Positions 51,945-64,000 of a stretch of DNA of 64,000 bases are shown here, piece after piece. Source of the DNA: Pristiophorus japonicus (taxonomy: Eukaryota); contig NC_091984.1 of the NCBI RefSeq assembly GCF_044704955.1, forward strand, positions 179,242,001-179,306,000, given 5' to 3'. Positions within the stretch are counted from its first letter, which is position 1. The number at the start of each line of letters is the position of its first letter. The notes below the pieces were generated by a model. That model was not told the DNA's origin and ran no database searches. It was given only the letters and a program-made list of their open reading frames with translations. A program made the translations under genes and the position numbers.

Positions 51945-53075
51945 AAGTAACTTTCTCACTGTCGAGTTGAAAGGCACAGAATAGAGCAAGATGTAAAGAT
52001 TTAATCATCACAATGGTAGAGCACTGAGGGTTGGGGGGGTCAGATAATGTCTCATAAGTACACTTCTGCGACTCTTTGAAAACTTAGGCCTAAATTATCC
52101 GATTTTAGGCTGTTCCCTATCCTCGCTAGTGAAGAAGAGACAATCATTTAAATTTCATAAGTCAATGGACAATACTTGATTAGAATATTCTGTAAAACTA
52201 CTCAAGCATATAATCTTCCATATTTCCTATTTTTAGCACACATTTATTGGTGTAACATGGCTTCATGATGAGTTAATCCCTGTTATGCAATTGAAAATCA
52301 TTGGCCCCACTGGTGGTCTGGAGAGCGGATGATAGTGTATAATATACTGGCTTAATAGATTAGCGTATTATGGAATGGTTAGCATAGAAGACTACAGGAA
52401 AGAAGGAAATGTAGAAACCTCAGGATTACATTGGGTGTGATTCAGCAGGAGGATTAGAACATCCGTCATGAAATGATGAAAATTACTTCAGAAGTCAGCA
52501 CTAATATCTGTCTATTATAAATTGATTCTCTGAGATGGAGCCTAACACATGGTTTAGATTAGTTTGTTGGATTCTGTAGGCCAAGCTAATCAGCAGGACG
52601 TGTCATTGAAAGGCAATTGAGGAAGTACCAAATGGTTTATGTGAAGAATTATGGCTGGTTTGGAAACAAGTTGCCTGATTTAACTTATTATTATTCTGGT
52701 GATGATGTGATTTAAGAACCGCAAAATTGCATTTTCTGTGCTGCTCAGAAATGAAAAGAATTTCGCAGTCCAGTGAGTATTAGGTATATGTGGTGCAGCA
52801 TTTTCACCTACTGGCGTAGCAGCAAATGGTATACAAGAGTTAAATGACAGTATACTTAGAATTAGTGGCACAGGCCGCCTGTTTTACACTTCTCTTGATA
52901 GCAAGTTCTATTAAAGGCCATGGAACTGAATCTCACGGCAGTTTGTTCATTTGAAATCAGTTAATTAAAATTAAACTATAATAAAAAGCTAGAACCAATA
53001 GTGGTGACCTTGATGCTATGTCACAAAATTTCAACTGGTTCACTAATATCCTTTACGAAAGGAAAACTGCCGTCT
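51945..53075. repeat. IgL upstream non-coding block, duplicated at ~59900-60920
   Basis: Collinear similarity (e.g. AAAGATTTAATCATCACA; CAGTCCAGTGAGTAT; TCACCTACTGGCGTAG in both). Confidence 0.85.
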
Positions 53076-56000
53076 GGCCTATAAGTGACTGCAGACCAAA
53101 GGTCTGTGGTTGACCCTTAATTGAAATCTGAAATGGCTCAGCAATGCACTGAGTTGCATAACATCGCTACAAATGTGTAAAGAATAAAACCGGACTGGCC
53201 ACCCAGCATCGGATTCGGACACGACTAAGCTACACGCAGCCCATTCGACACTGCTAAGTCCTCCTCACTAAAATCCCCAAATTGAGACCGATGTCCGACC
53301 GACTAGTCAAACAACAGTCTGATACAGTCATAATCACAGAATCGTAACTTTCAGCCAATTCGGCCCAACAAATCTATGCCTTGTGCATACTCCACACGAG
53401 CGTCATATCACTCTAATTACCGCTTCCCACCCTGCCTCCATACCTCCATACTCACTTCTTCCTCATGAATGCAACAAACCTCCCATTAAATGTATCAGTG
53501 CAATGTTATTCAACCATTCCACGTGGAAGCGAAACCCACATTCTTACTACGATCTGCTGAAATAAATTCCTCCCAATAGAAACATAACAACAAGAATAGG
53601 TCATTCAGCCGCTCCAGCCTGTTCCAGTATTTAATTAGATCAAAGCTGTTCTGTTCCTCAACTCCATTTACCCGCCTTTGTTCCATATCCCCTGATAACC
53701 TTACCTAATAATATCCTATCCAGCTCAGTCTTGAAAGTTTGTATTGACCCAGAATCCACAACATTTGCGGAGTGAGTTCCATCTTTCTACTCCTTTTTTG
53801 TAAATAAGTGCTTCCTGACTTCATTCTTAAATAACCTAGCTGTAATCTAAAGATTGTGCCCTCTTGTTTTCTATTCCTCGTGAGAGAAATTGTTTCTTTG
53901 TATCTATCTATCGAATCCATTAAACATTTTCAGTAACTACATTACATTACCTTCAACCTTCTAAAGTCAAGGGAATACAAGCCAAGTTTATGCAACCTGT
54001 CCTCGCAGTTTAATATTTTGAGGTCTGATAAGAGCATAAGAACATAAGAAATAGGAAAAGGAGTGGGCCATACAGCCCTTCGAGCCTGCTCCGCCATTCA
54101 ATAAGATCATGGCTGATCTGATCATGGACTCAGCTCCACTTCCCCGCCCGCTCCCCATAACCCATTATCGTTTTAAGAAACTAACTTGAATAAAGACTCA
54201 GCCTTTGATTTGGGAGTAACATGCATTACCCGATTATAACTAACTGAACACAACAATTGATGCAATTATTGCACACGACAATATTCAGGACTGCCCTTTG
54301 TGATTTAAAAAAAATTGAGAAACTGAAACTATAAAATCACTGAATCATACAGCACAGGAGGAAATAACTATCCAATTAGTCCCACTCCTTTGCTCTTGCA
54401 CTACAGCCCTGCGAATGTCTCCTTTTCAAGTATTCATCCACTTCCCCAAGTCACTATTGAATCCGCTTCCACCACCCTTTTAGGCAGTGCATTCCAGATC
54501 ATAAAAAATTTCTCAGCACCGCCCCCCCCCCTCCACTGGATTCTTGTTAATTATCTTAAATCTGTCCCCTCTGAATAAGTGCAATCACAATCTTCCCATG
54601 TTAAAATTCCACACTTGACCACACAGATTTTATACCATAATTATTCACAACTTTTGCAAGTGAGTAGCAACATGTTAACTTCTTCCTTCCAAGAGGAAGA
54701 CCTGACATACACAGGCTGGACAAATTCATCTTATTTCATCTGGCCGTGGCTAGTTATATGATGCTTGGCCAGTTATTTAAATTGGAAACATATAATCATA
54801 TTAGTTTTATGATTTAAACAGTTTGTAAAATACAATTGTGTTCATAAAAACAGCCTAATTTTCTTTAAAATAGTGGGTATTCAAGTTATATGATTCAAGT
54901 TCATGCTTGCAATTCCCATTAAGTAATCATGCCTCTCACTGAGTTAGTACGAGGGGCTGTCAACAGAAAGCAAGGTGTTTTCTTGCAAACACAAAAACTC
55001 CTCACTTCCCACCCCAAGTCATTCTAGTGAATCTGGGCTGAACCCCTTCCAAGGACAGTAGAAATTTTCTGATATTCGGTGCACTGTACTCCAGATGGGG
55101 CCTGCCCAATGATTTGTAAAATTGATACATTTCTTTCTCAGTTTTGAATTCCAAAAAGGTAAAAAGGTGAACATTCAATTCGATTTTTTGGTTACTTTTT
55201 TGTCCGAGCTTTTAATGATTTGTGCACCTGGACACCTAAATCTATTGCTCCGCCACAGCTCCTAATCTCTCAGCATTAAGAAAATATTCTGATTGGTCTT
55301 TCTCAGGTCGAAAATGGAAACCCTAACACTTTCCGAAATTTCTGTCATAGTTTTAAAAATTCACTTCATCTAGCAATGTAATTTCTTTCTCCCCACCTCA
55401 AAACTTACTGTGCCTCCCAGCTTAGCGTTATCTGCAAACTTGTATATAGAACTCTACATTGCTCCAAGCAGTCATTAATTTACATGATGTAAAACTAAGA
55501 CCCCATTACAGATCCCAGAGAAACGTCATTTTTCACAGGCCACCAATCGGAGAACAATCTCTTTAGCCATACTCGCTGTCTCTTACCTCAGAAATAATTG
55601 CCAACCCATTTATCCAAATAAATTATATTAATGCGTACAGAATTCCAAATTTAACACTACCTTTTCTATTTTTCCACTCTATTCTTCTAGAAATGAAACC
55701 GAGTACTATGTATGCAGTCTTTATGATCTTAACTACTTCCGTTACTTCCGTTACTACTCTAAGCGAATTATGTATCTGTATCCTCAAATCAAGCTGAACA
55801 AAGAAGATCGTGCACTAAATGGATACCGAGTTTGTGATTAGTGTGAAGGAGAATTTTAAAAATCCGACTGTTATCTGGCTGCTTTCAGTCAAAGACGTCG
55901 GCGAAGTTGTAGGTACATGGTTTGAGCTGCTGATAACACCTGCTTCAAAATAACGATTATTGCTCAATGATTAAAGTAATCGAATGGTTTTGGAAACAAA

Positions 56001-56599
56001 TAATTGCCGGAAACTGTACCACGATATCCAAAAGGAAGAATCACCGAGTTGACCTGAGTTTGTGCAACCAGCTGATTTAGATTAACTTATTTATAAATCT
56101 ACTCATGGGAACGTGGTTCAGCTCCTTCCCCATACAGACAAAATTCAGAGAGCTACATTAAAAAAATGTATTGCAAGATTTATTTCACGGAATGTCAAAC
56201 TAGAGTCACCCATCGCGCCTGTATCCCACTGACATCACTGACTTTACATATAATGAATAGAATGTCACAAAGCATAAAAATTCACCAAATGCGAAAATTT
56301 AGAAACTGCTATGAATTGGCATAGAGTTATCGGACAGAAACAAATAACGGCACTGGAGCTAATATAAGTGTAATTTTATTACAACGCGGTATTTGCAAGG
56401 TTACACTGAAGCGTTGATCAGCTCAGTATGAATACGCTATAAGATTCAGCCAGCGGGTTCCAGCGGACAAACTGTACATCTGTTGTTTTAACTGGAAATG
56501 AATCACTTAAAATCAAACATGTAATGTCCAAACACGGAATTTATTTGAAAAAAAAACTTTACCAATAATGTAAATAAATCGATGCGTAAAGTTCTTGAA

Positions 56600-56919
56600 T
56601 CAGGTACAACTGGATCTCGCGAAGCTTGCTTGAAGCGGGTTTGCTTGAGTCGCATGTTTAACCACACAGGAGTAAAGCTCGTGTGAGTTCCACACTGAGG
56701 CTGGCAGAGTCAGATAACTGTTCACACTGAACTGCTCACGTCTCCTGCTGGATCAGACTAGTCTCAAAACAATTCTCTCTCACACTGCCATCTAAAGTCC
56801 ACTCAATCGCCATAGCGCCCGGCTTAAAGCCATTCACTAGACACAGCAGGGTCGCCGTGTTCTTTGCTGAGATTTGATCCGATGACGGCGAAAGACGGAC
56901 ACCGAGGGGCCCTGCAGAC
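56600..56919 (-). pseudogene. IGLC: Orphan IgL constant pseudo-exon
   Basis: Paralog of 47160-47482 with intact acceptor; 1-nt deletion at ~56890 gives a premature TAG; 9-to-7-nt replacement at ~56732-56738; no upstream VJ. Confidence 0.93.
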
Positions 56920-57242
56920 CTGCAAAGTAAAAACAAATGGAAAAAGATCCATTTTTCATTAACAGAAAATGTCTGAATCCATGTGTGACTATGTTCAATT
57001 TTTTTTTAAATTGGGCGTCACTTTACACATGTATAAGGATTAATGGAGAACTTCAACTATCCTAATATAGACTGGGACCGAATTAGTGTAAAAAGCAGAG
57101 AAGGGGACAATGTTTTGAAGTTAGTTCAGGAGAACTTTCTTGAACAGTTTGTTTCCCGCCCGACAAGGGAGGCGGCATTGCTGGATCTGGTTCTGGGGAT
57201 TTAGGTAGGTCAAGTGGAGCAAGTGTCAGTAGGTGAATATAA

Positions 57243-59380
57243 GGACATAAGAACATAAGAACTAGGAGCAGGAGTAGGCCATACAGCCCTTCGAGCTTGC
57301 TCCGTCATTTCATACGATCATGGCTGATCCGATCATGGACTCAGGTCCACTCTCTGCCCGCTCCTCATAACCGCTTAATCACTTATTGGTTAAGAAACTG
57401 TCTATCTCTGTCTTAAAATTATTCAATGTCCCGGCTTCCACAGCTCTCTGAGGCAACGAATTCCACATGTTTAACACACCTCAGAGAGAAGAAATTCCTC
57501 TTCATCTCAGTTTTAAATGGGCGGCCCCTTATTCTAAGATTATACCCCCTCGTTCTAGTCTCCCCTATCAGTGGAAACATCCTCTCTGCATCCAACTTGT
57601 CAAGCCCCCTCATAATCTTATACATTTCAATAATATCACCTCTCATTCTTCTGAATTCCAATGAGTAGAGGCCGAAACTCCTCAATTTTTCCTCATAAGT
57701 CAAACCCTCATCTCCAGAATCAACCTAGTGAACCTTCTCTGAACTGCTTACAAAGCAGGTTTATCCATATATAAATATAGAAACTGTAAAGTCCTGTCCC
57801 TGCAGTACAGATTCACACGAGGCACATACTGAAGTCAAGGTCACTCAGGACCTGCACCTTTATTACATGGCTCTCGAATGCCACACTTGCCTGAGACCTA
57901 TCCTTATATGCCTGTCTGGGACAGGTATCCAGTGTTTCCTGCAAGTGCACCCCTGGTGGTAAGGTAAGCTTGTGGTTACAGGTCATCTCCAGTTACATGT
58001 ATAGCATGGTAAGATACAGTTATGTACAGTAGTGTGAGATACATGACAGAAACCAAAACTGCACGCAGTATTCCAGGTGTGGCCTCACCAATACCTTATA
58101 AAACGATAGCAAGACTTCACTGCTTTTATTCCATTGGCCTTCATGATCACTTGCTGTACCTGCATACTAACCCTTTGTGTTTCATGCACGCTGTACTGCA
58201 GTACTTTGCAATTTTTCTCCATTTAAATAATAACTTGCTCTTTGATTTTTTTTCTGTCTAAGTGCATGACCTCACACTTTCCATCATTATACTACATCTG
58301 CTAAATTTTTGCCCATTCACTTAGCCTGTCTATGGCCTTTTACTGCTGTTTTGTGTCCCCCTCACACATTGGTGTTCCTCCCATCTTTGTATCATCAGCA
58401 AACTTGGCTACGTTGCACTTAGTCCTTTCTTCCAAGTCATTAATATAGATTGGAAATAGTTGGGGTCCCAGCACTGATCCCTGCGGCACCACAATAGTTA
58501 TTGATTGGCAAACCGAGAATGAAGCATTTATCCCGACTCTCTGTTTTCTGTTAGTTAGCCAATCCTCTATCCATGCTAATATATTACCCCAACCATGTGA
58601 ACTTTTAACTTATGCTGTAACGTTTTATGTGGCACCTTGTCATATTCTTCTGGAAGTCCAAATAAACCACATCCACTGGTTCCCCTTTATCCACCCTGTT
58701 CGTTACATCCTCAAAGAATTCCAGTAAATTTGTCGAACATGCCTTCCCCTTCATAAATCCATGCTGACTGCCTGACCGAATTATGCTTTGACAAATGTCC
58801 TGCTACTGCTTCTTTATTAATGGACTCCAACATTTTCCCAACCACTGATGTTAGGCGAACTGGTCTATTGTTTGCTGCTTTTTGTCTGCCTCCTTTTTTG
58901 AATAGTGGCGTTACATTTGCAGTTTTACAATCTGCTGGGACCTCCCCAGAATCCAGGGAATTTTGGTAAATTACAACCAATGCAGCCACTATTCCTGCCG
59001 CTACTTCTCTAAGACGCTAGGATGCAAGCCATCAGATCCAGGGGATTTATCTTCCTTTAGCTCCATTATCTTACTGAGTACCACCTCCTTAGTGATTGTG
59101 ATTGTGTTAAGTTCCTCCTCCAACCCCCCCCCCCCACCCCCCATAGCCCCTTGACTATCTACGGTTGGGATATTATTTGTGTCCTCTAGCCTAAAGAGCG
59201 ATACAAAATATTTGTTCAGAATTTCTGCCATTTCCATGTTCCCCATTATTAATTCCCCGGTCTCGTCCTCTAAGGGAGCAATATTTACTTTAGCCACTCT
59301 TTTCCTTTTTGTATACCTATAGAAACGCTAGCTATCTGTTTTTATATTTTGTGTTAGTTTACTTTCATAGTCTATCTTCT
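57243..59380 (-). mobile_element. 5'-truncated CR1 LINE containing a solo LTR
   Basis: ORFs 57419-57703, 58711-58989 and 59001-59297; CATAAGAA tail; same family as CR1-A. Confidence 0.88.
57785..58048. mobile_element. Solo LTR (264 bp)
   Basis: TGTAAAG...ATGACA termini; perfect 5-bp TSD GAAAC (57780-57784 and 58049-58053); CR1 resumes after it. Confidence 0.85.
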
Positions 59381-59479
59381 CTTAGGGAACAGTGATCATA
59401 GTATCATAAGGTTTAAAATTAGCAATCTAAAATATATTTCTAACAAATAATTTAAATATCTTTAACCAATATTTCACAG

Positions 59480-59888
59480 CACGTTTGCTCTAGAGACTTG
59501 AGCGCAAATATATAGGCTGATAGTTCAGAGCAGTACTGAGGGTGTGCTCCACTGTCGGAGGTAGTTTCTTTTGGATGAGACGTTAAGCTGAAGCACTGTC
59601 TGCTTTCTTAAGTAGAAATAAACGATCCCATAACAGTTTTTCAAAGAAGAGCAGGGGAATTGTTCCTGGTGATCTAGCCAATATTTATTTCTCAATAAAT
59701 TATCACAAAAACATATTATCTGGTTACTGTCATATTGCTGTTTGTGGAAGCTTGCTGTGCGCAATTTAGCTGCTGCATTTCCTACATTACAACAGCGAAC
59801 ATTTCAAAATGTTTCATTGGCTGTAAATCGCTTTGGGATGATGTGAGGTCGCGAAAGGTGCTATATAAATGCAAATCATTCTTTTTTG
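59480..59888 (+). mobile_element. Deu-type SINE (SacSINE1-like)
   Basis: Core 'CAGTACTGAGGG...GAAGAGCAGGGGA...TTGCTGTTTGTGG..GCTTGCTGTG' and tail 'GCTATATAAATGCAA'; family assignment from recall. Confidence 0.65.
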
Positions 59889-60964
59889 AAGCATTGAATG
59901 AAGTAACATTTTCATTGTCGAGTTGTAGGGCGCAGAAGACAAAAAGATATAAAGATTTAATCATCACAGTGGGAGAGCACTGAGAGTTGTAGGTTCAGAT
60001 AACGTCTCATAAGTATATGTCTGCTACTCTTTGAATAAATAGGCCTAAATCATCCCGATTTTCGGGTATTCTGTACCCATCCCACTGAAGAAGAGGCAAT
60101 AATTGAGAAATTTCATAAGTCAATTAACAGTATTTGATGCAAATATTCTATAAAACTACTCCAGGAAACAATTCTCTATATTTCCGGTTAAAAACGCACA
60201 ATTTTGGCGTGAAGTGTCTTGGCGATGAGGTAATCCCTGCTATGCAAGTGAAAAACAAAGGAGGAAATGCACAACCAGTAGGGTTGCATTGGGCGTGATT
60301 CGGCAGAAGGCTTAGAACATTATAAAAATGTGAAAAACACTTCAGAAATCAGTACTAATGTCAATCTGTTATAAATTTATTCTCTGAGATGGAGCTGAAC
60401 TCATCGTTTAGATTAGTTCGTTACGATTCTTTAGGCTAAGCTGATCAGCCGGAGGAGTCAGTTAAAGTCAATTGAGAAAGCATTTACGTAAAGAATTATA
60501 GCTAGTTTGGAAACAAGTTGCTTTGTTTAAATTGTTATTATTCTGGTAACGGTGTGACCTTGATAACCAACACATTGCTTTGTCTGAACTGATTAGAAAT
60601 GTCTTTCACAGTCCAGTGAGTATGAGGCATATGTGGTGCAACATTGTCACCTACTGGCGTAGTAGCATACGGCACAGAAAAACAAAGTAACAGCAGATTT
60701 GAATAAATGCGCAAGCGCCTTTTATACGCATTGCTTGGTATTCAGTTCTACTGAAGACAATTGAGCTGAATATTAAGCAAGTTGACATTTAAATTCAGTT
60801 CATTAAAAACATTTGGAATAAAAGCTAATATCAGAAATGGTGACCATGAAGCTATTGGATCGTCATAAATAAACAACTGGTTCTCAAACGTCATTTACAG
60901 AGGGAAACCTGCCGTCCTTATCAGTTCTGGACTATGTATGACTCTAGACCCATAGCAATGCATT

Positions 60965-62065
60965 TTTATTTGTCCCTGAGATGTGAGCGTCGCTGGCAAG
61001 GCCAGCATTTATTGCCCATCCCTAATTGCCCTTGAGAAGGTAACGGTGAGCTGCCTTCTTGAACCTCTGCAGTCCGTGTGGTGAAGGTACTCCCATAGTG
61101 GTGTTAGAGAGGGAGTTCCAGGATTTTGACCCAGCATTTATGAAGGAAGGGTGATTTATTCCCAAATCAGGATGGTATGTGACTTGGAGGGGAACTTGGA
61201 GTTGATGTTGTTCCCAGGCGCCTTCTGCTCTTGTCCTTCTAGGTGGTAGAGGTCGTGGGTTTGGGAAGTGCCTTGGCGAGTTGCTGCAGTGTATCTTGTA
61301 AATGGTACACACTCTAGCCACGGTGCACTGATCATGGAGGGAATAAATGTTTACCATTGTGGATGGGGTGCCAATCAAGCGGGTTGCTTTGTGCTGTAGG
61401 GCATTGAGCTTCATGGGTGTTGTTGGAGCTGCACTCAGCCAGGCAAGTGGAGAATATTCCATCACACTTCTGACATGCGGCTTGTAGATGTTGAAAGGCT
61501 TTGTGGAGTCAAGGAGGCGATACACTCGCCGCAAAATCTGTCCAGCATCTGTCCTTCTATTGTAGAACACAGTATTTATGTGATTGTTCCAATTAAGTTA
61601 CTGTTCAATTGTGACGCCCAGGATGTTGATGTTGGGAGATTCGGCGCTGCTAGTGACATTGAATGTCAATGGGCAGTAGTTAGAAGCTCTCTTATTGGAG
61701 AATGTAATTGCCTGGCATTTGTGTGGCACGAATGTTACTTGCCATGTATCAGCCCAAATCTGAATGTCATCTAAGTCTTGCTGCAGTCGGGCATAAATTG
61801 CTTCATTATCTGAGGAGTTGCGAATAGAACTGAACACTTTGTAATGATAAGTGAACATCCCACTTCTGACCTTACGATGCAAGAAAGTTCATTGATGAAG
61901 CAACTGAATGTGGTTGGGCTTAGGAATCTGCACTGATTAATTCCTGCCGTGATGTTATGGGGCTGAGTAGATTAGATTCCAACAACCATAATCATCTTCC
62001 TTTGTGCTAGGTATGACTCCAGCCAGGTGAAAGTATTTCCCCTGATTCTCATTCACTTCAATTTT
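60965..62065 (-). mobile_element. CR1-superclade LINE 3' fragment
   Basis: ORF 61022-61570 'YKPHVRSVMEYSPLAW' and 61598-61882 'LQQDLDDIQIWADTWQVTF'. Confidence 0.75.
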
Positions 62066-62513
62066 ACTCCGGGTTTTGTAAATCTTTCCACTCTTGTTCA
62101 TGTTTAAAAGTTAAAGTTAAAGTAAAATGTTTACAGAGAAATTGAAGCAATAAACAATTCCACATAGATATTTTTTAGAACTGCAAAAGATGTTACATCT
62201 TCTATAAATGTATTTTATTTATCTTTAACAGTTAACGGTTTAAATTTCTTGTAATAAATAGCATTTGAATTTGAATTGATCAATGTCCGGGCATTGCAGC
62301 CTCAGGAGTCGACGAGTTGCGTGAAAGTCAGCTCCACAAGCGTTGTCTGACAGACCTGCCCTGCTGGGCAGTTGTCTCCTGTAGAGGTTCATCCCTCTGC
62401 TTGGGTCCCCATGGCAAAATATCTTATCTCTCCATCGGCTCGTCTACAAGGCTATTGAGATCGAGATCTTCTGCCAATGCAAAGTTCTGCAGACTGCAGA
62501 AAATCAGCACAAT

Positions 62514-62667
62514 CCTATCAGCCTATCCTTCTATTCCTTTCTCGCTCATGTGCGTATCCAGCTTCCCTTTAATTGCATCTGTGCTTTTTATCTCAATTGC
62601 TCCTTGAGGGAGCGTGTTTCATATTCATACCACTCTGGAGAAAGGAATAGAAGGATAGGCTGATAGG
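62514..62667. repeat. Perfect 30-bp inverted repeat with 94-bp spacer
   Basis: CCTATCAGCCTATCCTTCTATTCCTTTCTC (62514-62543) and GAGAAAGGAATAGAAGGATAGGCTGATAGG (62638-62667). Confidence 0.92.
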
Positions 62668-64000
62668 GTTAAATGGCGCAGGGTGGGAGGAGGCTCAAGT
62701 GAAGTTATGTTTCAAGTTTCCGCTCAAATTCATTTGCATAATCAGAACCCATCATCATAGGCAGTTTCTTCTGAATTCCTTATTGGATATATTAGTGGCT
62801 CTTATATTTATAACCTCCAGTTTTGGACTCTCGCACAAACAGAAAAGATTTTATTTGTGTCTATCCTGTCAAACTCTTTCATTAACTTAAAGACATCCAG
62901 CAGCTCACCTATTAGTCTTATTTTATCCTAGAGAAAAGAGCCTCAGCCTATTCAGTCTTTCCTGATATGTATATTCTCTTAATTCTGATGTCATCAATAT
63001 GAATATTTTTGTACCTTCGCCAATGCCATTCTATGCTTTTTATACTATGGGGATCATAAATGTCCACAGTACTCAAAGTGTGGTATAATCAAAGAGAATA
63101 AAAATACTGTGGATGCTGGAAATCTGAAATAATAATAGAAAATGCTGGAAATACTGAGCATGTCAGGCAGCATATGTGGAGTGGGAAACAGGGTTCTTAT
63201 TTCAAGTCGATGAAACACTCATCAGAGCTGGAAAAAAGTTAGAGCACGTTTTAAGCAAGTGCAGAGGCAGGGAAAGGGGGAGGGGAGGAAAGAACAAAAA
63301 AGAAGGACTGTAATAAGATGGAATACGGATAATTAAATGACAAATGGAATGATGATTCAAGGCGAAAAGGAGTGGTTATGGGACAATAAAATAAACAAAA
63401 GATGGGTCTAGAGGAGCTGAAAATAAAAATAGCAAAATCATTACCAACAACTGCTGTCCGAAAAAGTGGGAGCAATGGTTATGACCTGAAATAGGTGAAC
63501 TCAACATTGATGACGGAAAGCTGTAAATTACTTAATCATAAAACGAGGTCTAACCAAGATTCGATACAAGTTTAACAAAACTTCTCGTCTTTTCAATTCT
63601 ATCCTTCTAGAAATGAAACCAAGTGCTTGTTTCCATTTATGCCTCATTAACCCGTGTCAATTATTTGAATGGTTTGTGTATATGTACCCCTAGATACCTT
63701 TGCTGCTCTACCACATTCAGACTATTATTATCCAAGCATTATGTAGCCATCTTTATTCTTCCTTCCAAAATACACCACCTCACAGTTATCTCTGATAAAA
63801 TTCATTTGCAAATTACACACCCATTCTGTAAGTCTTCATGTATTTTGCAACATTCTTCCTTTGTATTAACTATATCTCCCAATTTGGTGTTTCAGCCACA
63901 AATTTTGAAATTGTCCTTCCGATTCCTCGGTCCAAATCGTTAATGTAAAATTGTGAACAACAATGGTCGGAGCAACAAACCCTTTGGACATCACTTCCCA
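62514..64000 (-). repeat. Old CR1 with nested repeat, paralogous to 395-737 plus 7402-8400
   Basis: Same host sequence with the same insert at the same site (TSD remnant GGTCTAACCAA at ~63547). Confidence 0.85.

Larger units (their letters stand above)
57040..59420 (+). mobile_element. CR1 endonuclease-region fragment split by a minus-strand CR1
   Basis: 57040-57240 joins 59381-59420 (...GTAGGTGAA.../TTAGGGAACAGTGATCAT...). Confidence 0.65.

Noticed and set aside
62290-62510. Exon-like minus-strand segment with acceptor TTTTCTGCAG
   Set aside because: The frame examined contains a stop and resembles nothing recognisable; insufficient support.

Overview
Eukaryotic, repeat-dense genomic DNA from a cartilaginous fish (shark-type; species not determinable). 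The only host gene is on the minus strand: an intact immunoglobulin lambda-type (type II) light-chain cluster with leader exon (51141-51189), germline-joined VJ exon (50667-51008), C exon (47160-47482), promoter octamer and polyA signal. A second, frameshifted orphan C exon (56600-56919) lies in a duplicated cluster unit that has lost its VJ, leader and promoter. The rest is nested mobile DNA: CR1 LINEs of several ages, a full-length decayed Ty3/Gypsy element, a solo LTR, RTE and L2-type LINEs, a decayed PIF/Harbinger transposon and a Deu-type SINE. The most unusual element is a ~5 kb LTR retroelement (11026-16061) with a tRNA-Ser PBS and perfect 5-bp TSD but no gag or pol. It carries a decayed F-protein-like (lokiretrovirus-like) envelope gene and is nested in a second pol-less LTR element with a tRNA-Arg PBS (8866-21141). 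The two window ends are paralogous, share an octamer motif, and one carries a recent fold-back inversion.
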